A stretch of DNA of 64,000 bases from an uncultured delta proteobacterium (GTDB taxonomy: Bacteria; Desulfobacterota; Binatia; UBA9968). A program made the translations under genes and the position numbers. Under the pieces are notes generated by a model that was given only the letters and a program-made list of their open reading frames with translations, did no database searches and was not told the origin of the DNA. The stretch covers positions 160,001 to 224,000 of the forward strand of contig CAVXEP010000019.1 in NCBI GenBank assembly GCA_963760795.1, in the 5' to 3' direction. Shown in pieces: positions 63,362 through 64,000 of this stretch (positions are counted from its first letter, which is position 1; the number at the start of each line of letters is the position of its first letter).

Positions 63362-63991
63362 CTAGGCGATGTGACCTGACCATAAATATGCAGCGGCCTT
63401 ACTGCCTTCGAGCTGGTGCACCGTCACCAGGCGTCCGACAACGGCTTCGGCGAGGGCGACGCGTGGATACCGGCCCTGTGGCCCGGAGCCGGAAGCACGG
63501 ACGTTTTTAGCGCCGGCGAGATTGACCCAAAAGGGATCATCTTCGGTCCTCGGCTTATCCGGGCCGACCATACGGCGCAGCGCGGCAGCGCTGCGCCAGC
63601 TTGCGGCTCCAACGGCAACCCAGCATTGGTAGCGGTCGGTATTAGTCGTTAAAGTCAAAAACGCGTGAGGTCGCACGGCTTCGACTGCCTGAGAATCGAG
63701 TTGATCGACCATTACTAACAACGGTTCGCCCGGCCGGTCATTGGTCAGAGGCCGGATCATAACATTCAAGTTCCGATTATCTGCAGCTTGCAAATGCGCT
63801 GGCAATCTCTCGAATAGTTGGTCGGGATCTAAAGCGGCTTCGGAAGCAAGCAACTCGCCGGAATCAGTCGTCAGCAACAAGTCAAATCGATCCTTGTCGA
63901 CGGATAAAAACAGCGCAATGATGAGCTGCGCCTGCTCCAAGCAGGAGCGGGAATCGGTCGGTGCAGTTGCGCTGATGTTGAGACCGGTCAT
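63362..63991 (-). CDS. Hypothetical protein resembling a degenerate RepB DNA-primase domain
   Basis: NVMIRP...VMVDQL...AFLTLTTNTDRYQCWVAV...LAGAKN...YPRV; TGATG overlap at the start. Confidence 0.5.
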   Translation of the reverse strand: MTGLNISATAPTDSRSCLEQAQLIIALFLSVDKDRFDLLLTTDSGELLASEAALDPDQLFERLPAHLQAADNRNLNVMIRPLTNDRPGEPLLVMVDQLDSQAVEAVRPHAFLTLTTNTDRYQCWVAVGAASWRSAAALRRMVGPDKPRTEDDPFWVNLAGAKNVRASGSGPQGRYPRVALAEAVVGRLVTVHQLEGSKAAAYLWSGHIA

Positions 63992-64000
63992 CAGGCGACG

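Noticed and set aside
1-64000. CRISPR array or rRNA genes
   Set aside because: No regularly spaced 25-40 bp repeats or rRNA-like sequence seen.

Overview
High-GC bacterial chromosomal window. The abundance of NMT1/TctC/Fe-type solute-binding proteins, a cupin, a Rieske oxygenase and a MetE-like gene suggests a Binatia / deltaproteobacterial-type genome (inference only). Housekeeping genes: gltX with tRNA-Gln/tRNA-Glu, glnS, purM-purN, tatA, degP-like, typA, two mgtE, ABC and MFS transporters. The most interesting region is 8.4-17.4 kb. A divergent FadL-family channel is followed by a BldC/Xis-like HTH gene with 10-bp-period repeats at its promoter, an orphan FabF-like ketosynthase directly abutting a 7TM-GAF histidine kinase, a sigma54 activator, and two sigma54 promoters sharing an upstream motif. 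The ketosynthase and the sensor half of the kinase are GC-poor while the catalytic half is not, as in the pherotype cassettes of quorum-sensing loci, so I propose a lipid-signal cell-communication system (hypothesis). The window ends in a biosynthetic operon: degenerate RepB-primase-like protein, FkbH-carrier protein fusion, and a GT4 glycosyltransferase, the last two with NRPS docking-like tails. About eleven apparent single-base frameshifts in otherwise intact genes are most likely assembly errors. All family calls come from motif recognition by eye; no searches were run.
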